Below, piece by piece: positions 28,201 through 43,550 of a DNA stretch of 64,000 nt. How positions within the stretch are numbered: position 1 is the first letter of the stretch; every line of letters begins with the position of its first letter. Origin of the DNA: Anthoceros angustus. Lineage: Eukaryota > Plantae > Anthocerotophyta. The DNA is taken from assembly GCA_010909165.1 (NCBI GenBank), contig MU008192.1, positions 1 to 64,000 on the forward strand. Direction: 5' to 3'. Made by a program: the position numbers and the translations under genes. Below the pieces are notes generated by a model. That model saw nothing but the letters and a program-made list of their open reading frames with translations, did no database searches and was not told the origin of the DNA.

Positions 28201-30444
28201 CCATGCCAAGGGAACAAATCTGAGAAAAGATAAATTTAGCTCGCAGGCATGACCAAGCAAGCTGGCTCCCTTCGCACATCTTATGATCACCTGTGATTGC
28301 ACGATCCAGGAGAAGTGCCCTGCTATCCATCAACATAAAAATTTCGTTTCTAGCACCCTCACACGAGCTACAAACCCCTGCAGGTGATAATTCCAGCAGC
28401 ACATCCCAAAGGAGATGCATATTCTCCTTCAGGTTGTCCACACACAAAATAGCTCCATTACTGTGTGCCAAATTGTTTGCATTTCTGGCAAAGCTAGCAC
28501 CTGTAAAATCAAAGCCCATGTTTCAGCCAGGTGAAACCAACCTACGGAAATGATATATTCTCCTGAGCTATTACAACAAGCATTCCCAGTCAACAACCCT
28601 GCTCTGCTGCCAATGTCCTATCAAGATTTTTAAGCTAAATATGCATACATTACCAGGGCATCCGGAGAGAAGGCAATGTGCAAGTTGTGACAAGATAACT
28701 TCTAGGAGTTCGCATGCAACTCCACCCACATCCTCAACCAGCTGAGTCTCATGCTGTTGGGCACTGCGGTATAGTAAGACTACAATATCTGCAGCCACAG
28801 GAGCAAGCTCTGCAAGCCGCCTTTTCAGTAGTGCAAATAGCCAGGTCCTCACACATTGTTCCTCAAAATCCAGACCCTATCACGAGGTTTTGATAGAGAT
28901 TAGAGAACTGTAATATTGCACAAGTGCACAATTCTTCAGCAAAACACAGGACTGCCCCTATTGCAGGCAAGCTTGATCGCTAAAGTAGAATCTAATGAGA
29001 TGTCAGAATGTTTCCAATCCAACATGAGTTAGAGCCACATCAAAGATGCAGTTCTGAGCTGGCAAGAAATAAAAAAAAAGCAAATATTATATCCCACGAG
29101 AAGCTGCTCTATTCTCAGCAAGTCAGAAACAGTACAGACACCGATCTGGCACTGCAGATGATCAGCAAAAAAGTAATAACGTTGGGGTTAGCGTCTCACC
29201 TCAAACACCTCCGAAATTTTGGGAAACAAACTTGCTTCTTCCTTACATCCCAGGAGCCAGTTGCACCATATTAGACCAGTCTGATAGTCACGGGGAAGCA
29301 CCCAAAGACGGACAAACGCACGAAGAAGACATCTACTAATACTTGCCAAAGCAAGCCACACGCTTATATAGGTGGTCGGAACAGACTCCCCGCTCTTCCA
29401 TTTCTGCATGCTCGAAGGCTCCTCCCCTCCAGCGTTGAAAGATAAAGAGGGCAAGGACGGCAATAAAACGAAGTATAACTGCTCCGGCATCCTGTTTCAG
29501 CAAGTTGTCATTACCCAAGTCAGGTGACCCGCACTAGTAAGAACAAAGGCAGGTGATTAATCCGTCAAGAGCAACAGAATGTATAGAAGGCAAAGGGGTG
29601 AAGGAATGAGAGCGGAGTCAAAGGAAAAGAACAGTGATGACAGTAAACACTCTTCCCACCTTAATGCGGCAAATTCGAAGATGCTGACCCGGCGCATATA
29701 AACAGCCAACATTCCAGAACCTTTTGATTGCGTGTCAAGAAGCTCAGACGTGAGGTCTTCAAGGACCACCCTGATGACGCCAGTAGGATCGGCTATGGTC
29801 AGATAGGCAACCAGCCAATCCATTGCAGCAACATTGAGGTCGCTGTCAATTGCGGTGTTTGCAGGGACCCAGAGCAAAGTCTTGACTAGCCACCGGTACA
29901 ACCACATGCTCTTGTTGGAATCGGAAGCATCGAGTTGAACATGTTTCGCAAAGGCAGAGTGTGTAGCGTTCGCACAAGATGCTCCACTGTCCGAATGCTT
30001 GTCATCATCGTCTACACCCGGGGCCAGAGGCCGCTGGTCCAAGCTAAGCAGCAGACAGTGGCTCACAAACTTGATGAGGACAGAGACGTCACGTAGAGCG
30101 AGCCGGACTTGTATGCGCTCCGCCGTCCGAGAGCCGGCTTTGCCAGCGGAGTCGACTGCATGCACCTCTTGTCTGGACCTCTTGACGGGGGAAGCAGCCG
30201 GAGAGACATGCGCAGCTGCCTTGCGTTTCAGGGGGGCTACAGCAAGCAGGGCAACAGGCTCTGAAACCGGAGCCGCGGAATCAGGCAATAAGGCATCCAG
30301 GCGCTCCAACAGGGCAATGGCCCAACGAAGTGACCGCAAGGTGCAGAGGCTATCCGGCTGGCTCTGGTGGAGGTCGAGGAGGCGCGTGTGGCAGCGCTCT
30401 TGCAGAGACTGCCAGTCTCCTTGCTCCGAGGCCTGCTCCGACAT
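25229..30444 (-). CDS. Uncharacterised large multi-exon, Leu-rich (probably alpha-helical) protein
   Basis: Chain of minus-strand ORFs separated by short GT-AG introns. Probable start MSEQASEQGDWQ at 30444; last exon VSSSIGD...HVSP* ends at 25229. Family not recognised. Confidence 0.7.
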
Positions 30445-30632
30445 GTCGCAAGCTTCCACCCAGACCCCCGTGCTCGGCCTTTGTTCAACCAGCACTGTGT
30501 TGTGCAGGTTCACATGGTACTCGGATTGTTTTAATCCGAGGTCTTGTTTGTTTATCACAAGTTTCTCGAGTTCGTGAATAGATACGCCCTTCAACAGGTG
30601 TCACATCGTGCCATACTTGCGCCGGATCCAAC

Positions 30633-32630
<1,998 letters not shown>

Positions 32631-32732
32631 TATTGCTCGCAATTTGCGTAGCAGGTGTTGTGTGAAAATCGCTCTGAATGAGTGATGGGAGAAAACAGTC
32701 CGGCACGATAACATAATTAGAATGCTCATGGG

Positions 32733-35700
32733 TTATTGATCAAGTTCGCCAGCGGCAGTTTCGTACACTGCTTGTCTGACAAATTGTCCTCGAATCCGTG
32801 GCCGCTGCTCGGCCAATCGTTTCCTACTCTGATAACGCACCTGCACATTTGAGTATACATCTCAGATCATAGTTCCAAGCCTGAAGAACAACGTTCATCT
32901 TCCTCTCAAAACAGCGCGAGATTTACCTTCTTCTCGAAACAACGCTCCTTCCTCTTCTGCCGGAATTTGTTCAACGCGGCCTCCCGTCTTGAGAACTTCG
33001 TTGTTTCTGAGCCAACTAAAAGGGCACTGCTCCCACCACCATTCCCATTGCCAGTTCCACCCACACCCGCATCTCCCGGTCCATTCCCATTACCGCTTCC
33101 ACTGTTGCCGTGAGTCACGTTATTTGTGCCACTGTCCCCATTTCCATTGTTGTTCCCACTGTCTCCGTTTCCTCCTTTACCAGCATTGTTACTCCCAGAA
33201 GCACTTCCATTCACACTTCCATTCAAATTGCCATTGCTTCCATGGCAGTTGCTACTACCACTCTGGGCATGGCATCCATCTGGAACATGTCCAGCCACAT
33301 TTGAAGAACCACACCGGTGACCGGGTCGGGCACCAGCACATCCAAGCATCTTATCGTCTGGCTGCTGCGCTAACGTGGGAGGTTGAGGTACAATTGAATA
33401 GTGGTGGTGATGGTGGTGCAGCTCCTCATCAGGATGATGCTGATGGAGACCATGGTGCTGTGTATATCGATGTGCCTGTGGATGTGAAAGCTGTCCATGC
33501 TCATGGAAAGGAGCCAACCTGTCAAACATTTCCCTGTCAGGGCGCTGACCTGACCCAGATGTCCAAGGTGAACTTCCTGGGTGAGGGTAAAACCCTGGGT
33601 GCATGGATGGCCCAAACGCTGCGGACAGCCCGTCATAGGTCATGCCGGAAGGAGGCAATGACCCTGACACTGGTATTGCTTGTCCGGAGCCAGGCACCAA
33701 AGATACGGCCTCATCCTTAACATGTCGAGTACCCAAAAACCCATCCTGTCCTGACGGCCCAACGATCGAAGAGCTCATATCTTGCCCATTGCAATTGTTG
33801 GACATGCTTGGGTGAACTAGAAACTGTGTCGAAAGTTCACTGCCTTTGCATGATCCTGCCCCGTCTTTTCCCAATCCTATGTGCAATAAACTCGGGTTGG
33901 TTGTTCTCTGAACCCCATGGGAAATAGATTGACCTCCAAATCCAGCAGGAAGTCCATTCAGAAGACCATTACCCACAGTGAACTGTTGGGGCATGTTTAC
34001 AACACTGGTGCTGTACCTGCGAGCTCAGAGCAGAACCTAGCATCAAGACCAATCAACCAACAGTTGGGGAGACATACCAACACCACAAAGAGACACACAG
34101 ACAGCAAACAGAACTGGAGCACACATATATTCCTTGATCTAATGCGCCCCACAGACAAATATCCTCTCCACACCTTCGATACCTTGAAAAGGCAGACCCT
34201 CCAGATTGTCTCAGAACTCGCCGGTCGTCAGTTTCCCCCTCATGATCTCTTGCAGCACGAGGCCTTTTCAAAGACAACTCCAGAGTGGGTAAGGAATTGG
34301 AGTCAGACCCAGTCTTCTTTGTAACAGGGCTGTTACTTGCACCCATCTCGCCTTCTCTCTCTGTAGCCTCACCAGGATCTGCTGCGTCTGCCTTAGACTG
34401 GCGGGAAATAGTGGCAGTCAAATCCATAGGCTCAGGACACTGTTCATAAGATGGGGTCGCAGCCACCCCAGCATCCTTTCTGACATTCAGGTCCTCCTGA
34501 CATTTGTCTGCTCCAGCTGCATCCTCCACAGTACCAGCTTCAGCTATCAGAAGGGCAACTGCATCTCCCATTCCCCCTTCCAAGTTCAGAGTAGCTCTCT
34601 TTTTGACTGATTCCACATCATGTGCTGATTCACTTTCTGCACACGTACAAGCAACCGAGTTGGAGTAATGAAGGAACCAAGGAACATGGACAAAAGGACA
34701 GATAGGAAACCAATGCAGCACAGGTAGTTCACCACTGGGTTTTCCCTGAGACTCATGCCCCTCTTCTTTCTTGCTGGGGCGCTGACCTTGAGAATCTTCC
34801 ACCCTTGCCTGTGGAGGAGGAAAGTCACATCTAGGAGAGATCCCATGCGACGGGCCACCCGGGTCATGTCCACCTCCCTGTTGAGGACTTTCCACTTCCA
34901 TAGCTCTTTTGGTCCAAGAACTCTGCAGTGTACACAGCACGCTGACAAATGGTGATTAAAATTGATTTTTTTGTGTGTTTCAGGAGTGTATTGTTCTTAT
35001 AACTGTTCGAAATGGTAAGTTCAACGTGTTTGATCAAGACCCCTCTCACAACTACGTCTTCGTTTTTGAGACAACATACAACACAATTACCTGCGTTCCA
35101 CTGCCATTGTCGCTCCCACCTCTCAGGTTTAAGCCACTACTTCCATTATCACTGCCATCGTTACTGCCACTGTTGTTCCCAGAACCAGCTCTGCTCTTTG
35201 CCCGCATCACTTTTCCGGTCTGGCTACCACTGCCGCTGCCGCTGCCACTTGACTAACAGGAACACAACAAACCTTCAATTGTGAGGCCATGAATGAGACG
35301 CTGGAAACTGGAACAGCGCATTCAGCAGACATAAGCTTTCAATTGACAACCCCTGTACTCACACTGTGGCACTTCCTCCAGACGTGTTGCCACAGGTTCT
35401 TCAACTCATTCTTCCGGACAGGCTTCACCAGGTAGTCCGCAGCACCTTTCGATAGACATCTGAAAACGAAGTCCATAGAATCATGTGATGACATCACTGC
35501 AATAGCAAGTTATTGGCACACACTAGTCAGCCACTCGTTCGAAGTCTATATAGAAAGATGGCAACAACTTGAACAGATACCAAACGATTGACTTACTGAC
35601 AACAGGAACTCGCTTCCCAGGGTCAAGACTCATGATCCTGGAGAGCAGTCCAACACCGGATAGGCACGGCATAACTACGTCAGTTAGCACAAGGTCAAAA

Positions 35701-36470
35701 TGGTTGCTGGGCGTTTCCAATAGCTCCCAAGCTTGCAATCCATTGCCTGCCGATGTCACTGGGAACAGCACAAATCAGCCACGGAACACGGAAATGAAAG
35801 GACCCTCAGATCACAGATGCCATCGATGGGCATCGCACACCATTCTGGCTCGTTAACAACGAAGTCTAAAGGAAGAAAGATGAAAAAGAGAGGGATACTT
35901 TAGAAGCAGGCTAAGGTTGCGACTACCTTCGTAACTACAGTTTCTCAAGAGCGCGCCGACGACGTGCCTGGTGGAGTCATCGTCCTCCACCAGCAGCACC
36001 CTGAGATGACGCTGCGGGAGAAAGCTTTCCCAACCCTCGCTGGCAACTTGATGGGCTGTATGTTGCGGTTGGGTTGGAGGCGGTGGCGGTGGCGGTTCGG
36101 TGGGGGGTTGGGAGCCCACTTCGGCAATTGTACCATCCTCGTCGTCGGAATCATCCTGCACTTCACGGTCCCGACAGTAATCCTCCTCCGACGCTTCCAA
36201 CCTGCCGTCGGGCCCACTTCTAGCGGCTGTGGAGGCTAGCAAATTGTGGGGTGCAGCCTGCGTCGCGAGAGCGTTAGCTGAAGTGTCGCAGGCTCGGATC
36301 TGGTCACTACATTCTCCGGCAGTGTGGAGTCCATCCTGTACAGCATCCGCAGCACACAGCCCCGAGGCAGCCACCCCTACCGAGACAGCTCCATGCTGGA
36401 GATCTCGGTCACCGTTGTGAAAACATCCAGCGATTGGCTCAGTCCGGCCCTCGCCCAAATTTGCAGTCAT
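32733..36470 (-). CDS. PRR: Clock-type pseudo-response regulator (receiver-like domain plus CCT), PRR3/7-like
   Basis: [25 protein letters not shown]|[11 protein letters not shown]; [21 protein letters not shown]; LELSLKRPR; [12 protein letters not shown]; CCT domain [20 protein letters not shown]|[20 protein letters not shown]. Confidence 0.93.
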
Positions 36471-36851
36471 GAGCAGGCAAGCTCTCAGCTGCGACCTCCG
36501 GGGGGGTGAGTGCGAGGGAGCTAAGCGTCTGCGAAGTACCTCTGCTTCCCCAAGAAGAAACAAACATCCGTGAGGCACCTGTGTGGAGAAGCCGGGGGGA
36601 GCAGGCTGCGCAGGCTCATTTCCCGGCGCACACAGCAAACAGCTCCTTCTCCATGTACAAATGCTTGCCCGAAACACATAACACGGAGAAGAGTACAAAT
36701 CATGAACGCATATGCGATGCAAATCAACACCTGGGATGCTAGAGTAGGAAAGATGCAACAAGCGAGAGTAGGCGCACACGGGCACGACGGCGCGCAGGCA
36801 ACCCCAGTTAGCGCGGCGGCAAATCAAAAGCAGAGACGGGAGAGGACGCAC

Positions 36852-37042
36852 AGATATTTCTCAAACTTGGCACAGCCATGTCAGCCATATCAATTTTCGG
36901 TATGCCATATGATGCCATCCCATACCACTATCTTTTGCTTGCACCTCATTTGCACAGCCGGGCGCAGTGACCGTGAGTGGCACATGCCACGTCCAGTTCC
37001 ACCGGCTTGCGCTTAAGTAGGAGATATTATGAGTCCACGTGG
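36852..37042 (-). promoter_or_regulatory. Candidate evening-element core and G-box/ABRE motifs upstream of PRR
   Basis: AAATATCT on the minus strand at 36852-36859, GCCACGT at 36986-36992 and CCACGTGG at 37035-37042. These are short motifs and could occur by chance. Confidence 0.35.
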
Positions 37043-37598
37043 AGACTCTGGACACCAGCAATCCTTTTCTCGAAACCCCCGGTCCCGGCCCCTCACTTGC
37101 AACATAGACTACATAGATTAATTTCTCGTGCAGAACAGATTCTTTATTTTCTCCCTTGCACTTGACTCCTTTGTGTTTGCACATATTGCTCGGGTCGGAG
37201 TATCCCCATGCCCAGTAAACTCCAAAGGAGACTATCTTTAGTGATCGACAAAAGAGAAAACGTAAAAAAGCACACAAAAGAAATCAAAGATACAATCTAA
37301 GAATAGGCAGTTACGGCAAAGGCATTCGAGGGATTAGGACTTCCCCTCTTACCATTAGCCCTTTTTGAGTTGTTCCTCCTCGGACTTCAGGGTTAGATGG
37401 GATTTCCCATCTCGTCTATTAATAACGTCTATTCTATTCTATTTAAGAATATAGAGGATAATAAATGAAGAAACATTAAACGCGAAAATATCATGAAGTC
37501 CTATGGTATTCACTGATTTAGTTAGGTGAATGTCATGGTATAAACGGAGCATGTAGAAAGGAGTAGGAAATAGACATGACTATATATGTAAGAAAGGG

Positions 37599-38041
37599 CT
37601 AGGATGGTGTCACACCTCTTGATGTAGATTCCTTGCCGATTGCGCGGCGCTTGAGATCCACAAAACAGCCCCGACCCCCTACCACATTGTTCACCATCGA
37701 CTCTTTGGTGAACCTCTTGGGTCCCGCATAGCTCTCAACCTTTCCAACCTCTTCCGCCTCGATTGGCCAGTTGTCTAGCGTATTGAGATGGAGATCCATG
37801 AATTGAACTGCTCTAGGATCCACTTCTACTGAAATCATCTTGCGGCCAGACTTGAGAGTGGCTACTATTCCTGGTCCAGAGCCTGCACACCCATCCAAGA
37901 CCTACTCGCCTTCCATTGTGTAGAGCTCAATCAACTTCCTCAACAACCTGATAGGCTTCTGGTAAGGGGAAACTACCCTATCATTCCTATCATCTGACAA
38001 CTTATGTTCCACAGCCTTCTCCTCAAAGCAAGTTGTCAACA
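37599..38041 (-). pseudogene. C-terminal half of a beta-class N6A/N4C DNA methyltransferase (copy 2)
   Basis: Single frame: VVSPYQKPIRLLRKLIELYTMEGE*VLDGCAGSGPGIVATLKSGRKMISVEVDP, matching motifs X, I and II of N6_N4_Mtase (HPTQKP..GDxVLDPFxGSGTT...GRxxIGxE). Confidence 0.8.
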
Positions 38042-38247
38042 TGTGCCATCATTCATCACTTCCTTGCAGAAACACAACCTCTCCATCTCGCAATCCGCGC
38101 ATGTTGTGGAAGGGACATCTTCGAAATTCCAAGACCTTAGAGCTCCTAAATGTGCCATGAATGCTCCCAAGCCTCCCACCAAATTTCCACATAATCCTTC
38201 GCAGCAAGTTCCAAAGCTTGCAATTCCTCTCTTCAAGGCTTTGGTCA
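38042..38247 (-). repeat. Putative LTR interrupting methyltransferase copy 2
   Basis: TG...CA bounded and preceded on the minus strand by a PPT-like TTGAGGGAGGAGTGA. No partner LTR found in the window. Confidence 0.4.
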
Positions 38248-38721
38248 TCACTCCTCCCTCAAGACGTCCACTTCAATCCACAATTCCTCCTCAAATTCTT
38301 CCAAATTCCTTCAAGTGATTCTCTCCCCACCTCGTTCCTTGCCGTCTTCCATCTCCAGTCTGCTCACATCAAGACAAAGCAAAGCCTCGAGATGCAACTT
38401 GAAGCAACCTCCTTGAGATAGCTCTTCCACTTGACTCCTCCTTGCAACATAGGCAACCCCATCTTGAGCACGGTACCAACCCGTCCGCTGCATACAAAAA
38501 GAACACTTCTGCTGACGATAAATTGGAAGCACTCGCCTGCCCTTCAATGGCCTTAGAAATCTCCTAGCAAATAGCTACACAACCTGCTCAACAACGTCAA
38601 TTACTTCCTCCCTTGATCCTAAAAAGAAGCATCCGAGTCCTCCAAGCTCGAATTTAAGCTCCTCCTCTCAACCACACAGTCCGCAAGGCAACTGTACCTT
38701 GTCAAGGTAAAATTTGAACCG

Positions 38722-40230
38722 GCGGAATATACATCAAGCGGCTTTATGCATGAATATACGCTGAACCGGGTTGTGGATGGTCACTAAATGGCTGTTCCTG
38801 TATGTAGTCGCGATAATGTGTTCAAAATTATGGTCAAAATCACATTCTACTTCAAATTTACAAGGAGCTAGCAAAAAGGGTCGTGGGGACATTCCTGTGG
38901 GTTTGCAATGATTTAGCACCGACTTCACACTCCTGGGATCCGAAACCCGATGTTGTTTACAATATATTGTCTTATAATCAAGGGAATGGAAGCCACTTTT
39001 GCATCCGGGTTCACATTTACGGTGGCAAGGTATGGAAAATGTGGTTCTCTATGGTAGAAAGGTGAGTAACAGCACGGCGGGGCGATGCCGGCGCCCATCG
39101 ATGCACACCTTGCGGCAAAGGCCCTTAGCCATTCTCGGCACCAAACAGTTCAACATGGTTTTTTTGATATCCTGTGAGCGGAGAAATCTCTTGTAGTGTA
39201 CCATGTTCTTGTGAACCTCAACAAAACCACAATTTGGCATACGCTCGAAAGGGCTGCCAAGTTTCACGGAAACATTGGGTTGGCGCCACCATTAAACGAA
39301 TCCACTAACCGAACAGAGCCATGGCAGCCCCGTGACAATGGAAGGGGCCACTAGGAATAGACGACAAAATGTGGTGCGGAAGGAGTGCGGCATCGCAAAG
39401 GGTGTTAAAAAGGGTTGCGCCATAAGTTCTTAGGAGCGACCATGATCGGAATATACATCAAGCGGCTTTATGCATGAATATACGCTGAACCGGGTTGTGG
39501 ATGGTCACTAAATCGATGTTCATGTATGTAGTCGCGGATAATGTGTTCAAAATTATGGTCAAAATCACATTCTACTTCAAATTTACAAGGAGCACCAGCG
39601 CCAAAAGGGTCAGGTGGGGACATTCCCCAGGGGTTTGCAATGATTTAGCACCGACTTCACACTCCCTTTGTGCTGGGATCTGGAAACCCGCCGACAGTGT
39701 TTACAATATATTGTCTTATACTGAAGGGGAATGGAAGCCACTTTTGCATCTGGTTCACATTTACGGTGGCAAGGTATGGAAAATGTGCGGTTCCTCTATG
39801 GTAGAAAGGTGAGGAAACTACACCGATCGATGGGCGCCGGCATGCCGGCGCCCATCGCATGCACACCTTGCGGCAAAGGCCCTTAGCCATTCCCTGTGCA
39901 CCAAACATGTCCAACATGGCCTTTTAATATCCGTGAGCGGAGAAATCTCTTGTAGTGTACCATGTTCCTGTGAACCCCAACAAAACCACTTTTTGGCATA
40001 CTGGCCTGGAAAAAGGGCTGCCAAGTTTCACGGAATCATTGGGTTGGCGCCACCATTAAACGAATTCCACTAACTGAACAGAGCCATGGCAGGCCCCGGT
40101 AACAAAGGAAGGGGCCACTAGGAATGGACGCACAAAATGTGGTCCTGAAGGAGTGCGGCATGCCATCGCAAAGGGTGTTAAAAAAGGGTTGCGCCATAAG
40201 TTCTTAGGAGCGGACCATGACTGGAATATA
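38722..40230. repeat. Tandem duplication of a ~730-780 bp subterminal block
   Basis: Copies start cggaatatacatcaagcggc at ~38723 and ~39448; a third ggaatata lies at ~40223. Confidence 0.9.
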
Positions 40231-40250
40231 TTTCGAAGCCGTTCGGTTAT

Positions 40251-43200
40251 TCACTCCTCACCTGACTCGAGACCGTCGGGTTCTCCATGCCCAAGACCTG
40301 CGTCATCCCCATCATCCTCACTGTCCACCGATGAGGGAGTGCAGGGTTGAAGATGGGGACGGAGGGCACTTAACTTCTCTTTGATAGCTTTTTTATCCGC
40401 CGCGTACTGATGTTTCCTAGAAGTGAGATTGAACCCATAGTACACAATGACTGTCTTATGGACAAACAACTTCTGAATGTTGGGAGGCTTCCATGCTTTT
40501 GCACCTTTGTTGGTAGGAGGTAGTTCTCTCCTCCGGTCCTAACAAAGTATTCCCCGGTACTTGCCCTCGTATGCATCTGTGCTCGGTTCGCCACCGGCAC
40601 TGTGAAGTAGGGGTCATCGGTCATGTGCACACTCAAGACCTTTGCAACCAATGCCCTGTGAGTGTCCCCTCACAAGGTGACAATAAACATACCTTTTTAT
40701 CTCCATGATGTCACCATTCATCCGCTCGACCTCTTGTTCCCGTCTTTCCACACTGTAAGCACCCAAGTACATGTCCGTGAGGCACGCCTCGCAATAAGGC
40801 TTCGTCCAATATAGCCTCCTCCGAACACTGCAGTGGTACAAGTGCATCTGCTGCGATCTGTCATACCACTTCCACGCCTTTTCGCAAAGGCCGATGTTAT
40901 TGTCCACAATAGTTGCGATCTCCTCTTGATCCTCCCAGTCACTCCACCACTCCTCCTCACCGGTTAGATATGTTGATGCTTTTGCAAACCCTTCTTAAGT
41001 GGTCTACTCCATCCGGTGAGGCTTCCATCAACGCCTTTCTTGTCCTTGGCCTCAGAGCTAGCAGGTTGTAGGTCCAATCTCAAAGCATTTGGAATAAAAG
41101 ACAAGAACTCCAGCCCATCTTCTGTTTCCCATAACGGTGAGGTCGAATACTGTTTACTCCGAATAACGGTTACTTTACCCCTGCGACTTTTCCTCCCGCG
41201 TGATTTTGAACTGGTGTTGGTATGATAGATTGTTTAGCTTGCGAACCGCAGCTTTAAACTTCCGTGCAGCTTTCCCTGTTTTCAAAGGCCAGACGAAAGA
41301 ACGGAAGTCTGGAACCTCGGTCAGGACCTTCACTTCTGGGTTTGGCGTGAAAGCCTTGCTCAATATATCCTGCATGACGGGAAGAGTTTTTGCCTCTTTG
41401 TGCTTCAAATGTTTGGAAAAACACGAGAACATTTGGTCCACCTGGTCATGTGTGTGACCTACAAGAAGAAAGCCCACCTTCACTTTTTCAAAGTCCCCAC
41501 TCCACGAGCATATTCGATAAGCAAGCAGCTTGATTCTTGTTCTCCGACATGTGTTGTCCAGTTGCAAATATAGAACCTTGGGAAGTAAGCCAACATATGT
41601 ATGTATCACATCTTGGATAATGCATATGGTTAAATTAGCATCATTCCGCAAATTTGCGAGTGACACGCCTGACTTGAACGTGTGATTGTGGATCATACAC
41701 CCCACCACATGGGATAACACGCTCTTCCTTTAGCTCCTTAGGCCATCTAAGTATATGCGGTAAGGATGTTTTTTCGATCCATGCCATCGATACATAACAA
41801 CATGTACTTGTGAGGCTCGGTGTATCCTTTCGCTCGATGTTTTGTCAACTTCTTCCGCCTCCTCCATAAGCTTTATGCGATGTTTGTTCAACGCGTCCCG
41901 ATATATATCGCCTTCAACCAAACATCATGTCGTGTCCATCCATGAAATATAACGTCATCGTAACCAGACCAACCAACGCCATTTGCAATGGGCGAATAAC
42001 CTCGTGAGTGGGCAAGTAGGCAAAGGGCAATGCATGGCAACCCTCGGAAGGGTCATGCCCCCAACGGCGAACCTAGGGATCCACCGTTGGCAGGCAGATC
42101 CGGGTCCTTAAATCCCATCGGTAGGCGCCGCATGCCGCCGCCTCCCTACCGCCTCAATTAGGGATGTGGCATGCCGCCCAAGCTCCTTTAGGGTTTAGGT
42201 TCAGCATGTTGCCGCCTCCTCCCCCATTGCACCCCTCACCCATGAGGGCGGCATGCCGCCTCCTCCCTCCTCCCTCCCACACATGAGGGCATGCCGCCGC
42301 CTCCTCCGAACCCGGCCCCCCTCCCTCCCCTCCGCCTCAATGAGGGTGGCATGCGCCTCCCTACCTCCTTTAGGGTTTAGGTCCCGGCATGCCGCCCTCC
42401 CTCCTCTCGCACCCCTCCACCCATGAGGGCGCCGCATGCCGCCTCCTCCTCCCTCCCACGACCGGGGCATGCCGGCCCCTCCCTCCTCTCCCCACCCGAT
42501 GGCGTCGCTGCACCGCCCGCCTTCGAGGGGCCGAACCGGTTGTGCCTCGACCAAGGTTCAACCTCCACCATCACAACGCCCACCGTTAGATATCGGATGG
42601 CCCATCACTTCTAACCTTTCACCTCTTTATACCATGCCGAAAAACGGTGTGGAGCGATGAGCTTACCTTGATCATCCGATCCGATTCAATGTTGAACTTT
42701 AGACCGCGAAAGAGAACATGTTGAAAACCGATTGGATTTGGGTATCTTCACGCTTGAAGTTCTCGCTCCCATAGTCTCGTAAAGTAAGCATCAAAATATC
42801 TGCAGCCCTTTTGCTCCATGCCACATTTGTATTGTGTCCACACTTCTAGTTTGGTGAAAGTGTCGAAGATTGTAGACTTCAACATTAGGCGCCCGCCAAT
42901 TGCGTAAATGTTGCATCCATCCATGCAATAGCGCCCAATGCATGAGAGGATTTCACCCGGGCTTGGCTTGCTACAATCCCATGGTGAATTCGATCTACGC
43001 CCTTCACCTCCTCGTACCTTTCCGACCCTATGCAATACACCCTTCTGAAGGATTTCAGGCAACACTTGATTGGAACCGGTGCCTTCAGGAAAGTACAGAC
43101 TTTGTCTTTGCCATTCGAACCATGGTCAGGTCTTACAAGGGTCTCTAGGAATGTCTCCCTCGGACCTTCCCAACCTAAGGAACCTTTGCCTCTCTTCCGA

Positions 43201-43550
43201 AACCTTCCTCGAAAGTCGTTGAATACATACTTTGTTGCAACACGGTTTACGGAAATCCTCCAGGCCTGTCCGCTCGGTCTTCTTCAAGGAGACACCGGCC
43301 GCCCGTGTTTGCAAACGCAAGCTGCTCGCTGCAATGTCTCCGACATTGGCTTCGGATGATATGTACACTGCAGCCAGGAGGTGAACGGGAGGGTGGGGAA
43401 CGTTGTCGCCAAGAATATCGCTCCCGATGCACCCAAAACTCCACACGGAGGGCGAAGAGACCTCTCATTGCGTTGATGGCTCAGGGGCGGCATCTCCTCG
43501 TCTTCGGGCTAAGTTCCATAGCCGCATACAAGTTCAAGTTCCGTCGGTGG
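40251..43550 (-). pseudogene. Sola1-like (DUF7869-type) DDE transposase, frameshifted as assembled, probable intron at ~41918-42666
   Basis: N-terminal CCNKVC; AIAWM; FTRLW..IP..FSTC; IDGMD at ~41780; LPKVLYLQLDNT; KVKVGFLLVGHTHDQVDQMFS; acidic tail ending at 40251; AG|GTAAGC donor at ~42666. Confidence 0.75.

Noticed and set aside
29999-30577. 192-aa plus-strand ORF and similar antisense ORFs over host genes
   Set aside because: Shadow ORFs opposite real coding exons.
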